64,000 nt of DNA from Candidatus Algichlamydia australiensis (GTDB lineage Bacteria; Chlamydiota; Chlamydiia; Chlamydiales; JAJFMI01): assembly GCA_033977065.1 (NCBI GenBank), contig JAXCHI010000003.1, positions 416,001-480,000 of the forward strand, written 5' to 3'. The notes under the pieces are model-generated. The model was not told the DNA's origin. It worked only from the letters and a program-made list of their open reading frames with translations, and made no database searches. Shown here one piece after another: positions 29,504 through 39,790 of the stretch. Within the stretch, counting starts at the first letter, position 1. Each line of letters begins with the position of its first letter. The position numbers and the translations under genes were made by a program.

Positions 29504-30612
29504 GAATTCTTCTTGTTACAGAAAAAAATCGACCCTCAATGCAGCAACGGGATGGTGGATCACGTGTTGTCGAAACAATTAAAGAGGCATTTAAGGGATC
29601 TCTCACAATTTTGCAGTTTGCCCAAGAGGATTACCCTTATCAATCCTCCAATCGGTTTGAGCGTCGGATTCGCAACGCGCGCTTTATCGGAAAAAAAGTG
29701 AAAGAGATAGAGAGCGAATTTACCCATATCATCTTTCTTCATGTTTCGATGCAGTTTGGGAGTATAGAATTTCCTTTGCAAGAAGAGTTGAAAATTTGGA
29801 CATTCCCTATGTTTTTAACTCCCTCGTACGAGGCTTCGGGAGAAAAAGTGCCTAAACAGTACACCGAGCTGGAGCATGGAGTGATAAAGAAGGCAAAAAA
29901 CATTCTTACTCCCAGCTATTTGGAGAAAGAGCAACTTATCTCTTTTTATGGCGCTGATCGGGAGGCAATTCATGTCGTGCCTCGAGGTGTTTATACCGAA
30001 TATCTTTTTCCAAAAGTAAGAAATTTTTGTAAGCCATTAAGGGTGTGTAGTGTAGGTTCAATTAAACCGCAAAAAAACACACTTGGTCTTGTGCGTCTTT
30101 TTGCAAAAATTTGCAAGCTCTATCCTGAGGCAGTGTTACAGATTATCGGTCCCTGCCAAGATCACTCTTATGAGAGAAAAGTGATGGAAGAGATAAAAGA
30201 GCTGGGACTTGAAAAACATATTCAATTAGAAGGATATGTCTTTCCCGAAAATTTATCTCAACTTCTTGAAGCGGCGCACATACACCTCTCATGTTCAGCA
30301 TGTGAAACCTTTGGACGCTCAATTTTTGAAACGCTCGCTTTAGGGCTCCCCAATATTGCATTCTTAAAAAACAATGCTGCGGCAGACTTTTTAGAAGGGG
30401 CTTCCTACATCCGGTTTGTTGATAGTGAAAAAGAGGCTCTGTTAGCGCTTGAAGAAATATTAGACAATCTCTCCTACCACTCATCACTTGCAGTTGAAGT
30501 TGGTCATCTATACAGCGATAAGAAGCTAGGCTGCATGATACGAGCAAAGATAGAGGGAGATGATCTCAATCAAAAACAGGAGGAGGTAGAGTATGAAAAA
30601 GAGCTATTATAA
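29500..30612 (+). CDS. Glycosyltransferase family 4
   Basis: VVPRGV, VGSIKPQKN, ETFGRSIFET (EX7E). Confidence 0.85.
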   Translation: MRILLVTEKNRPSMQQRDGGSRVVETIKEAFKGSLTILQFAQEDYPYQSSNRFERRIRNARFIGKKVKEIESEFTHIIFLHVSMQFGSIEFPLQEELKIWTFPMFLTPSYEASGEKVPKQYTELEHGVIKKAKNILTPSYLEKEQLISFYGADREAIHVVPRGVYTEYLFPKVRNFCKPLRVCSVGSIKPQKNTLGLVRLFAKICKLYPEAVLQIIGPCQDHSYERKVMEEIKELGLEKHIQLEGYVFPENLSQLLEAAHIHLSCSACETFGRSIFETLALGLPNIAFLKNNAAADFLEGASYIRFVDSEKEALLALEEILDNLSYHSSLAVEVGHLYSDKKLGCMIRAKIEGDDLNQKQEEVEYEKELL

Positions 30613-31516
30613 AGGCTATTGGATGGCAACAAACAGATGCAATCTGCGTTGTAGTTATTGCGTTTTGGAAAATGCCCCTGATCAACTAAGAGCAGAACTG
30701 GACTTGGAATCAAAGAAAGAATTTGTTTCTCACCTCTACAACAATTTGGATTTTCGTCGTTTAACCCTTTCTGGAGGGGAGGTGTTGATTTTTGGAAAAA
30801 AGCCCCCGGAAGAATTTATTGAGCTTTTGCGCCATATTCGCAGTTTTCGATCAGCGGATCGAGAAAAGAACCTTGAAATTGAAGTGTATACGAATGGAAC
30901 TTACCTTAGCGATCGTGTCGCAGACGAAATGAAAGGAGTAGTGGATCTTGTTGCTGTAACAATTGATAGTGCTCAGGAAGAGTTTTTGATGCAAATCGGA
31001 CGGACAAATAGAAAATTTAATCGCTACTTTGAGCAAATTATCCAAGTTAGTAAAAGGCTTGCAGAAAGAGGAATAGAACTAAAATTGCATAGCGTGATCA
31101 GCCAGAAGAATCACATGTTTTTGACGGAAGAAATTGTACGCATTCTGGATGCAATGGAGGCAACAGGGGGAAAGGTAGCGGCGTGGAAATTTTTTCAATA
31201 TATGTCTTACGACTCTCCAGAACGCGATAGAGCACACGCAATTGATGAAAGTACCTACAACGCGTTCAAAGAAAAGGCAAAAAGAGCTTTAGCTGGACGG
31301 CATCCTAAGTTGCACTTTAAGGATAATAAAGAGATGAATAACTCGCTTTTTAACATCCTCTCTTATGGGAATGCTCAGTACATGTGTGAGGGAGATAGTT
31401 GGACAACAAGTCGCAGAACAGAAGATTTACGGAATTATTCATCAATGCAAGATCTCTTTGCAAAACACGAAATTGATGAAAGTCGCTTCCGAGCCTTTCA
31501 TGAGATCAAGCGATGA
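30593..31516 (+). CDS. Radical SAM enzyme, viperin-like
   Basis: CNLRCSYC cluster motif, LSGGE, YTNG, TIDS, KLHSVI, WKFFQ, NKEMNNS. Confidence 0.85.
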   Translation: MKKSYYKGYWMATNRCNLRCSYCVLENAPDQLRAELDLESKKEFVSHLYNNLDFRRLTLSGGEVLIFGKKPPEEFIELLRHIRSFRSADREKNLEIEVYTNGTYLSDRVADEMKGVVDLVAVTIDSAQEEFLMQIGRTNRKFNRYFEQIIQVSKRLAERGIELKLHSVISQKNHMFLTEEIVRILDAMEATGGKVAAWKFFQYMSYDSPERDRAHAIDESTYNAFKEKAKRALAGRHPKLHFKDNKEMNNSLFNILSYGNAQYMCEGDSWTTSRRTEDLRNYSSMQDLFAKHEIDESRFRAFHEIKR

Positions 31517-32241
31517 GTGAATTTATTGTAACTCTAGATATTGATTGGGCTTCTGAAGTCGCCATTGAGATGACATTAGAGTTTTTTAAAAAAGCAAAAA
31601 TTTGCACTACAGTATTTATTACTCACTTCTCTCCATATATAACAGCGAATATGAAGGAGTTTGATGTTGGCCTTCATCCATTTTTTGGAGAAAACTCCTC
31701 ACACGGGAAGACAATCGATGATGTAGTTGCTCACATTACTTCGCTACCTCATAACATTCCTGCATTTCGAGCACACCGTTTTGGGGTTTGTAATAGTTCT
31801 ATGCAGGCGATGCAAGAAGCGGGGATGCTTCTCTCATCAAATGTTTGCACAGATCTTGTTGCAATTGAACCATTTACGAACCGTTTTGGTATGACAGAGC
31901 TTCCCGTTTTTTTAGAGGATGGTGGCTACTTATGGAGAGAGCACTCTTTGAAAGTGGGGCCAATATTAAAGAAGAAACTTATATCGAAAGGGGCCAAAGT
32001 TTTGCTCATACACCCCATGCATTTTGTTCTTAATACTCCTCACTTCGGATTTATGCAGGAGATAAAAAAGAGGCTCTCTCGGAAGGCTTGGAAAAATTTA
32101 GAAGAGATTGATCTGAAACGATTGAAGTATAGTGGTTGGGGTGTTCGCGATTTTATACTTGAACTTCTGCAAGAGGCCGAACAGTTCTCTTTTCTAAAAT
32201 CGCATACTCTCCGACAACGCTCGCTTCAATTGCAAAATTAA
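31513..32241 (+). CDS. Polysaccharide deacetylase, WbmS-like
   Basis: TLDIDWA, GLHP, RAH, PVFLED, IHPMH. Confidence 0.75.
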   Translation: MSEFIVTLDIDWASEVAIEMTLEFFKKAKICTTVFITHFSPYITANMKEFDVGLHPFFGENSSHGKTIDDVVAHITSLPHNIPAFRAHRFGVCNSSMQAMQEAGMLLSSNVCTDLVAIEPFTNRFGMTELPVFLEDGGYLWREHSLKVGPILKKKLISKGAKVLLIHPMHFVLNTPHFGFMQEIKKRLSRKAWKNLEEIDLKRLKYSGWGVRDFILELLQEAEQFSFLKSHTLRQRSLQLQN

Positions 32242-32818
32242 AGCGTTCAAGCGTTGTACAAAGAGGATAATCTTCTTCGGGATACTGCCACTGATCTTCT
32301 TGGAAAAAATAGCGGCCAGGGCCAGCTTTAATTGCTGAAAGATGAGAAGAAAGATCCCACTTTTTTCCTTGGAGAGATGCGGAAAAGTAGTCCGCGCAAA
32401 GATTATCCTCTAAGGAGGGTCTTTCACCTTCGTGACCCATTGGAAAGAGTGCTATCTCTGCTCCTGAAAAAGTTTGAATATGGTTTGCGGTGGCCTTGGC
32501 GTTCCCGAACCCAACGGCAAAAATAAGATCAGCTTTTGTTGCAGCAAGAATTCCTTTTGATCCCGCTTCTGTTCTATGAATAATTACACGATCCTTTATC
32601 TCTAGATCGAATGTACGCTTAGGAGAATTAGGGATGTCATATATGACAGAAGAGTTTTTTTGCGGCTTTCCAATAAGCAGAGAGTTCCTCCATTTTTTTT
32701 TGAGATGGGAAACTACCTCACAACTTGTGCTGTAGAAATATGCTTCTGGTTGTTGCTCTAAAACGTATGCAGCAGTTGCAAAAGCGCGAAAAGCATCAAT
32801 GACTACAGCTATTTTCAT
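32153..32818 (-). CDS. 2-phosphosulfolactate phosphatase (ComB)-family protein
   Basis: VVIDAFRAFAT, NSP, T.AG, NAKATA, SLEDNLCA. Confidence 0.8.
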   Translation of the reverse strand: MKIAVVIDAFRAFATAAYVLEQQPEAYFYSTSCEVVSHLKKKWRNSLLIGKPQKNSSVIYDIPNSPKRTFDLEIKDRVIIHRTEAGSKGILAATKADLIFAVGFGNAKATANHIQTFSGAEIALFPMGHEGERPSLEDNLCADYFSASLQGKKWDLSSHLSAIKAGPGRYFFQEDQWQYPEEDYPLCTTLERFNFAIEASVVGEYAILEKRTVRPLAEVQV

Positions 32819-32837
32819 GCTTTAAGACTTTACCAGT

Positions 32838-34481
32838 TTATCTAGATTTCCAGAAACGGGGAGTGAGGATAATCAAAAAGGCGTAGAATTCAAGGCGACC
32901 AAGGAGCATGCAGAGAATCATCACAATTTTTGAAAAAGCGGGCATGAACGCGCAGGTGCTCATCGGACCTGCTGCATCAAAAGAGAGGCCAACATTATTA
33001 ATGCTGCAAGCGATTAAACCAAAAGAAGTGCGAGGATCAATCCCATCAAGTACGAGAAGAAGGGTGGCGATGGCAGCGAGTACAATGACGACCCAGAAAA
33101 AGATAAAAACTGAGGTAACAGTCTTCATCGGGATTTCACGATTGCGAATTTTCAGTGCGCGAACAGCTTCAGGGCGAAAGAGGGATTCAATTTTATGTTT
33201 GATTGTACGGAAGGAGATCAGATGGCGCACCATTTTAATTCCACCTGCTGTGGATCCCGACATTCCTCCAATAAACATGGAGAGCAGCATAACACTTTGA
33301 GCGCCCCAAGGCCAAAGATCGTAATTGGCAGTGAAAAATCCTGTTGAAGTGATGGATGAGAGAAATTGGAAGAGAGAAGTGCGTAGCTTATCAAAATAGG
33401 TCGACACTTCAGTAAGCAGAGATGCAGAGGCAAAATCGCTACGAAAAAGAAGGATGGAGATGATCGCAGCACTTGAAATGATCACACCAAGAAAAAGGAG
33501 TAGCTCGGGATCAAAGAGGCGATAGAGTTTTCCTCTAAGAGCGAAAAAGATCAGGCTAAAGTTGATCGCTCCTAAAAACATAAATAGCATGACGATCCAC
33601 TCGGTTGGATGGTGATTGTAAAAACCGATCGACTTTTCATGAATGCTAAAACCACCAGTCGAGATATTAGAAAAAGTGATGGTGATCGCATCAAAAAGTG
33701 GCATGCTGTGGTTGAAAACGCGCAGACAAAGAATTTCTAGGAGAGAGAGACCTAAGTAAATTTTCCAAAGGTAGGAGGCTGTCTCTTTAATCCGTGGCGT
33801 GAGAGCTTCTTTAAAAGGGCCCGTAATTTCAGCTTCATAGAGAAATTTTCCTCCAATAGCAAGAGCGGGAAAGATAGCGATAAAAAGGAAGATAATCCCC
33901 AATCCCCCGATCCACTGCATAAAACTGCGCCAAAAGAGAATCGGTTTGCTAACAGCGTCTAAGCCCTCTAAAATAATTTCGTGACCATCAGGAGTGCGAA
34001 GCGGAGTAATCGTACCATTAAACTGATACTCCTTTCCAACTAAACTCTTTGTTGTAACAGGCACCTCTTCATGAGAGACGTTATCAAAGGCCTTCGGATA
34101 GATAATTGTGGCCCCTGTAGTTGTAAGACCCGAGACAGATTCAAAAAGTGCATTTATGGGTTCTTTAATTGTTCCTGTGAAAACAAAGGGAAGAGCAGAG
34201 ATCACCGAAGTGATGATCCAAACAATGGGTACCAGAAGCAAGCTCTCTCTGCGATAGAGTTGCCCCTCTGTTTTCCGTCCAATAAAGCGTAACAGCAGTG
34301 CAAGCCCGAATGAAATTCCCAAAGTGCCGATAAAACTTACAGTCGCAAGGTAGGGAGGGTGTAGAGGGTCGACTTGAAAAAATTCAAAATAGATCGAAAC
34401 CCCGATTGGAATCAGCAGTACAGCTGAAAAGAGAAGAAGAAAATTGCTAATGAGCTTGCAAAGATCTCTCCAACGCATCAA
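32838..34481 (-). CDS. trkH: Trk potassium uptake permease
   Basis: FESVSGLTTTGAT, QWIGGLG, STGGF, GSTAGGIK, MLLGRLE. Confidence 0.95.
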   Translation of the reverse strand: MMRWRDLCKLISNFLLLFSAVLLIPIGVSIYFEFFQVDPLHPPYLATVSFIGTLGISFGLALLLRFIGRKTEGQLYRRESLLLVPIVWIITSVISALPFVFTGTIKEPINALFESVSGLTTTGATIIYPKAFDNVSHEEVPVTTKSLVGKEYQFNGTITPLRTPDGHEIILEGLDAVSKPILFWRSFMQWIGGLGIIFLFIAIFPALAIGGKFLYEAEITGPFKEALTPRIKETASYLWKIYLGLSLLEILCLRVFNHSMPLFDAITITFSNISTGGFSIHEKSIGFYNHHPTEWIVMLFMFLGAINFSLIFFALRGKLYRLFDPELLLFLGVIISSAAIISILLFRSDFASASLLTEVSTYFDKLRTSLFQFLSSITSTGFFTANYDLWPWGAQSVMLLSMFIGGMSGSTAGGIKMVRHLISFRTIKHKIESLFRPEAVRALKIRNREIPMKTVTSVFIFFWVVIVLAAIATLLLVLDGIDPRTSFGLIACSINNVGLSFDAAGPMSTCAFMPAFSKIVMILCMLLGRLEFYAFLIILTPRFWKSR

Positions 34482-35827
34482 AAAATCCCTTTAATTTCGT
34501 CAACGTGCTTGGGTGAGCAAATGATGATAACCGTATCACCTGGCGCAAAAATGCGGTTGCCCTTCGCGATCATGATTTGGCCCCGATTCTCAATCAAGGC
34601 AATCAAACAATCCTTTGGAAGTAGGTGCCCTAAGTCGCGTACCGGTACCCCTGCAATTTTCGTTCCAGAAGAGACCTTTAGCTCCATAATCATCACGCGA
34701 TTTTCATAGAGAGTGCGAGTTGAAATCGCACTCTCTGCGTGAATAAATGAGAGAATTCGAGAGGTGATGCACTCCTTTTCAGAAACCGCATAGTCAATGC
34801 CCAAGCGCTTAAGCAGATGCGAGTGGCGCATATCAGAAACAAGCGAATAGACATCTGAAACCCCCGCCTCTTGTGCAAGCGATGCCGTTAAAATATTGAA
34901 TTCCGTAGATGGGGTGGCAGCTAAAAAGACATCGGACTGGTCGACTCGCTCGGAGAGTAAAAATTTAATATTGGAGGGGTCTTGTTGAATAACAGTAATA
35001 TTTCCTTCAATTTTTGCTAATTGCTCACAACGAGGTAGATCACTGTCCATCACCTTCACACCAATCCCATGGCCAAGTAAAATCTTTGCTAAATGGTGCA
35101 CAACAGGAGAGCTCCCTGCTACAACAGCTGACTTGATCTCCTTACCACGCAGCCCAAACCGCGAAGGAATATTCATCATTGTCGATGTATCCCCAACAAA
35201 CGTTACCTCATCGCCCGGCTCAAGCTTGTCATCTCCGTGGGGAAAAATAATTTCGCCCCCATTCTCCCGTTTTCTGCGGATCATTCCGATCAACAGGTCA
35301 TCACCAAACTTCAGTTCACGTAATGTCTTGCCTCTTTCGGGAAATTCCGAAGGCAACACAATTGTGCGCATCTGCACCGCGCCGTGAGCAAAACTCTCAA
35401 CAGCAATACTGCCCGGATGCGAGAGACACTTAAATAATTCATGAGCCACAATCAGTTCTGGTGCGATTAGATGATCAACATAGAAGAGGCGGTCGATATC
35501 TAATCGAGATTGATCTAAAAAAGAGGCATTTGTGATGCGGCAAACAGTTGTTGGATACCCCAAATTTTTCGCAATCGAACACGCGAGCAAATTCGTTGCA
35601 TCGCAGGAACTCATCGCCAAAAAAAGCTGAGGCTTCTGCTCGACAATGCGATCAAGCAACTGCCAATCATGGCACGTGCCACAAACAGTAGCGACATCTG
35701 CACTGCGTGCAAATTGCTCTAACTTTTCCTCATCGGGATCAATGATAATGACATTTTGTTGTTCATCAGAGAGAACAGAAGCTAAATAGGTGCCGAGCTC
35801 CTCGGCCCCCGCAATGACAATACTCAT
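34478..35827 (-). CDS. trkA: Trk potassium uptake NAD-binding subunit
   Basis: Duplicated RCK_N/RCK_C domains; ATGA overlap with trkH. Confidence 0.9.
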   Translation of the reverse strand: MSIVIAGAEELGTYLASVLSDEQQNVIIIDPDEEKLEQFARSADVATVCGTCHDWQLLDRIVEQKPQLFLAMSSCDATNLLACSIAKNLGYPTTVCRITNASFLDQSRLDIDRLFYVDHLIAPELIVAHELFKCLSHPGSIAVESFAHGAVQMRTIVLPSEFPERGKTLRELKFGDDLLIGMIRRKRENGGEIIFPHGDDKLEPGDEVTFVGDTSTMMNIPSRFGLRGKEIKSAVVAGSSPVVHHLAKILLGHGIGVKVMDSDLPRCEQLAKIEGNITVIQQDPSNIKFLLSERVDQSDVFLAATPSTEFNILTASLAQEAGVSDVYSLVSDMRHSHLLKRLGIDYAVSEKECITSRILSFIHAESAISTRTLYENRVMIMELKVSSGTKIAGVPVRDLGHLLPKDCLIALIENRGQIMIAKGNRIFAPGDTVIIICSPKHVDEIKGIF

Positions 35828-35892
35828 AAGTTTCCATCTTAACTGGATCGATTACAGGCTGACAAGAATTTATTTCAATCAAAGGGTAATTT

Positions 35893-35945
35893 TAGATAGC
35901 GTCGTCAAAAGGCTATAATCAGACTATTTTTCATGTTTGCAGCTT
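35893..35945. mobile_element. MITE family B, truncated left-end copy
   Basis: TAGATAGCGTCGTCAAAAGGCTATAATCAGACTATTTTTCATGTTTGCAGCTT matches the first 53 bp of family B with 1 mismatch; no right TIR. Confidence 0.85.
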
Positions 35946-36051
35946 TTTTTCTATTCAAATTGACTCCATTTTTAATAATTAAATATTTTATTTAATAGTC
36001 GGGTGAACGCTTGAAAATAAACACGCTATGAGCGATGATAGGAGATTCCTT

Positions 36052-36125
36052 GCACCGGTAGCTCAATTGGATAGAGTACCCGGCTACGAACCGGGCGGTT
36101 AGAGGTTCGAATCCTCTCCGGTGCG
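36052..36125 (+). tRNA. tRNA-Arg(ACG), CCA not encoded
   Basis: GCACCGG/CCGGTGC acceptor stem, D arm AGCTCAATTGGATAGAGT, anticodon arm CCCGG-CTACGAA-CCGGG, T arm GGTTCGAATCC. Confidence 0.97.
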
Positions 36126-36758
36126 ATGTTTCTCAAATGCTTTCCCTCTGGCCCTTTTGCGACGAATGCATACCTAGTTGCTTGTCCTAAAACAAAAAAA
36201 GCTTTTATTATTGACCCCGCACCTGAAAGTTCTGCTGGCCTTTTACAGGAAGAGGACTGGGAAGTAGAAGCCATTTTATTGACACATAGCCATTGGGATC
36301 ATACTGGAGATTGCAAAAAGCTGAAAGAGAAGCTGCAGATTCCCGTTTATGTGCATAAAGATGATAAAGAAAATTTAGAAAAACCGGGAAGTGATGGCTT
36401 GCCACTCATGATCCCAGTTGAGGGTGTGGCAGCAGATTACGCACTGAAAGAGGGCGATTGTTTAGAATTAGGAGAATTAAAAATTGAGGTAATCGAGACG
36501 CCAGGGCATACGCCGGGTGGAGTCTCTTTCTATCTACCAGAAGAGGGTGTTTTGCTATCGGGTGATACTCTCTTTCAAGGTTCTATTGGAAATTTGAGCT
36601 TTCCCACCGCAAACCCTGAGGCGATGTGGACCTCACTTAAAAAATTAGAAAAATTGCCTAGGGAGACTAAGGTCTATCCAGGGCATGGGCCAGCAACTAC
36701 AATTGGTGATGAGAGTTGGCTAGCTAGAGCAAAAGAGATATTTGGAGATGAATCATGA
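36126..36758 (+). CDS. MBL-fold metallo-hydrolase (glyoxalase II/YcbL-like)
   Basis: THSHWDH, TPGHTPG, GDTLF, PGHG. Confidence 0.92.
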   Translation: MFLKCFPSGPFATNAYLVACPKTKKAFIIDPAPESSAGLLQEEDWEVEAILLTHSHWDHTGDCKKLKEKLQIPVYVHKDDKENLEKPGSDGLPLMIPVEGVAADYALKEGDCLELGELKIEVIETPGHTPGGVSFYLPEEGVLLSGDTLFQGSIGNLSFPTANPEAMWTSLKKLEKLPRETKVYPGHGPATTIGDESWLARAKEIFGDES

Positions 36759-37336
36759 GTAATTTAATTGGAAAAAAAGCGCCGGTATTTGCGGCAAAAG
36801 CGGTAGAAAATGGACAGATTGTAGACGATTTCTCTTTAGAGGATCTGAAGGGGCATTATGTGTTATTTTTCTTCTATCCTCTCGATTTTACGTTTGTTTG
36901 TCCAACAGAGCTACACGCTTTTCAGGAAAAGTTGGCCGAATTTGAAAAGAGAGACTGCAGGGTTGTAGGCTGTTCTATTGATAGTTGGTTTTCGCACTTT
37001 GCTTGGGTGAACACACCCAAAGAAAAGGGGGGCATCCAAGGGGTTACTTACCCAATCGTGTCTGATATTAACAAAGAGATTGCGCGCGATTATGGTGTAC
37101 TAAAAGAGAATGAAGGGATTGCTTACCGTGGACTTTTCTTGCTGGACAAGAGAGGAAGAATCCGTCACCAACTCATTAATGATCTGCCGCTTGGACGCTC
37201 TGTTGATGAGGCTCTGCGCATGGTTGATGCTCTCGCATTTTTTGAAAAAAATGGCGAGGTTTGTCCAGCTAATTGGAAAGAAGGAGAAAAGGCGATGGCT
37301 CCTACAAACGAAGGTCTTCTCAACTATTTTAGTTAG
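36755..37336 (+). CDS. ahpC: Peroxiredoxin AhpC/TSA
   Basis: YPLDFTFVCPTE and GEVCPANW. Confidence 0.95.
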   Translation: MSNLIGKKAPVFAAKAVENGQIVDDFSLEDLKGHYVLFFFYPLDFTFVCPTELHAFQEKLAEFEKRDCRVVGCSIDSWFSHFAWVNTPKEKGGIQGVTYPIVSDINKEIARDYGVLKENEGIAYRGLFLLDKRGRIRHQLINDLPLGRSVDEALRMVDALAFFEKNGEVCPANWKEGEKAMAPTNEGLLNYFS

Positions 37337-37706
37337 TAAGATAGTCATACAAATCCTGCTCGGTTGTGATGAGTAGGGCGTGATGCATAGCGAGAAGGCG
37401 GTCGGAGACCCGAATGATTTCTTCATCAGCAACACCGGGCATGCAGAGGGCGGAGAGCGGCTCGCTCTCTTCTTCAAAACGGTAGAGCCCCCGCATATAT
37501 TCGGGCTTGCTGTAGCCCTCGTTTGGGACACGGATGAAAAGCACAAGCCTTTCGTAAAGAAGAGCTTGGATGGCAAAAGAGATTCCGCAGGAGTTTTCTG
37601 GGGGATTTCCCAGTTTATCGGCAAGTTCTGGAATGGAGGCGATGCGGTAGGGAATACCATATTCACCTTTCTCAGTTTCCCCCATTAGAGCAAGAGTATA
37701 TCGCAT
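37329..37706 (-). CDS. Conserved hypothetical protein (chlamydial type)
   Basis: Plausible ORF from ATG 37706 (MRYTLALMGETEKG...DLYDYLT), convergent with ahpC. Confidence 0.65.
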   Translation of the reverse strand: MRYTLALMGETEKGEYGIPYRIASIPELADKLGNPPENSCGISFAIQALLYERLVLFIRVPNEGYSKPEYMRGLYRFEEESEPLSALCMPGVADEEIIRVSDRLLAMHHALLITTEQDLYDYLTN

Positions 37707-37968
37707 AAAATTATTAATATTAAAAGTTAATATTAATAACAATAAACACGGTTAAGTTAATTATGTTTATTGTTTGTTTTGATTTTCTTTTTTTTGTTTG
37801 TTGGGTCGGGGCAAGCCCCCGCACCCCTTCGTCTCCATCTCGCTGCGCTAAACCGAAAAACAGCCGCCACGCCTTATTACTCATACTGTCATGGCAGCTA
37901 TTTTTCGATTTTGCTTTGCGATATAAACCCGCTAGGCCGCTTCGCGCTTAAATAGGATATTGTGAATT

Positions 37969-39249
<1,281 letters not shown>

Positions 39250-39283
39250 TCACATCCTAGGAGTTAGAAGCATTTTATTAAAG

Positions 39284-39337
39284 AATCAAGTTATTACCCC
39301 CCTTTCTCCTATGGAAAGAGGAGGTAGCAACTTGAGT
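39284..39337. mobile_element. MITE family C, short degenerate copy (54 bp)
   Basis: AATCAAGTTATTACC ... GGTAGCAACTTGAGT; flanks ATTAAAG / TTAAAAG (imperfect). Confidence 0.6.
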
Positions 39338-39397
39338 TTAAAAGAAGGAGAGAACAAGTGCACTTTTTGATAAACTGGTTAGAAAGGTACGTTTGAA

Positions 39398-39787
39398 ATG
39401 AAGAAGAGAGAACATACCCTTTCAATGAAGGGAACTATTTTTTTAAAAGCGATCCGAGAAGGATCAAAAAAATTTGAAGGGAGAGTAAATGGAAGTCAGT
39501 GTCGTAAAATGCAGGTAGGAGATACTTTACGCTTCTTCGATCGTAGCGCAGGCTGGGGGATTCTCTGCGAGATTATTAGTTTGGATGCGTATCCAGATTT
39601 CCGTTCAATGTTGGAAGATAAAGGTATATTAGCGCTTCTTCCTCAATTAAAGAGAGAGAGCTGTTCCAAAGAAAAATTGATGGAAAAAGCTCTTGCAATC
39701 TATCACGGATTCCCGAAATCAGAAAGGGTTAAGAAGCTCGGAGCCGTTGCAATAGGCGTAAAATGGGTCAAAGATATTTCTGAATAA
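39398..39787 (+). CDS. ASCH/PUA-like domain protein
   Basis: IREGSKKFEGR, VGDTLRF, YPDFRSML, GAVAI. Confidence 0.8.
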   Translation: MKKREHTLSMKGTIFLKAIREGSKKFEGRVNGSQCRKMQVGDTLRFFDRSAGWGILCEIISLDAYPDFRSMLEDKGILALLPQLKRESCSKEKLMEKALAIYHGFPKSERVKKLGAVAIGVKWVKDISE

Positions 39788-39790
39788 TTT

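Noticed and set aside
36026..36274. 82-aa minus-strand ORF
   Set aside because: Antisense to tRNA-Arg and the MBL hydrolase.
37763..37955. Two short ORFs of about 60 aa downstream of eno
   Set aside because: No RBS or motifs; they cross a structured non-coding element.
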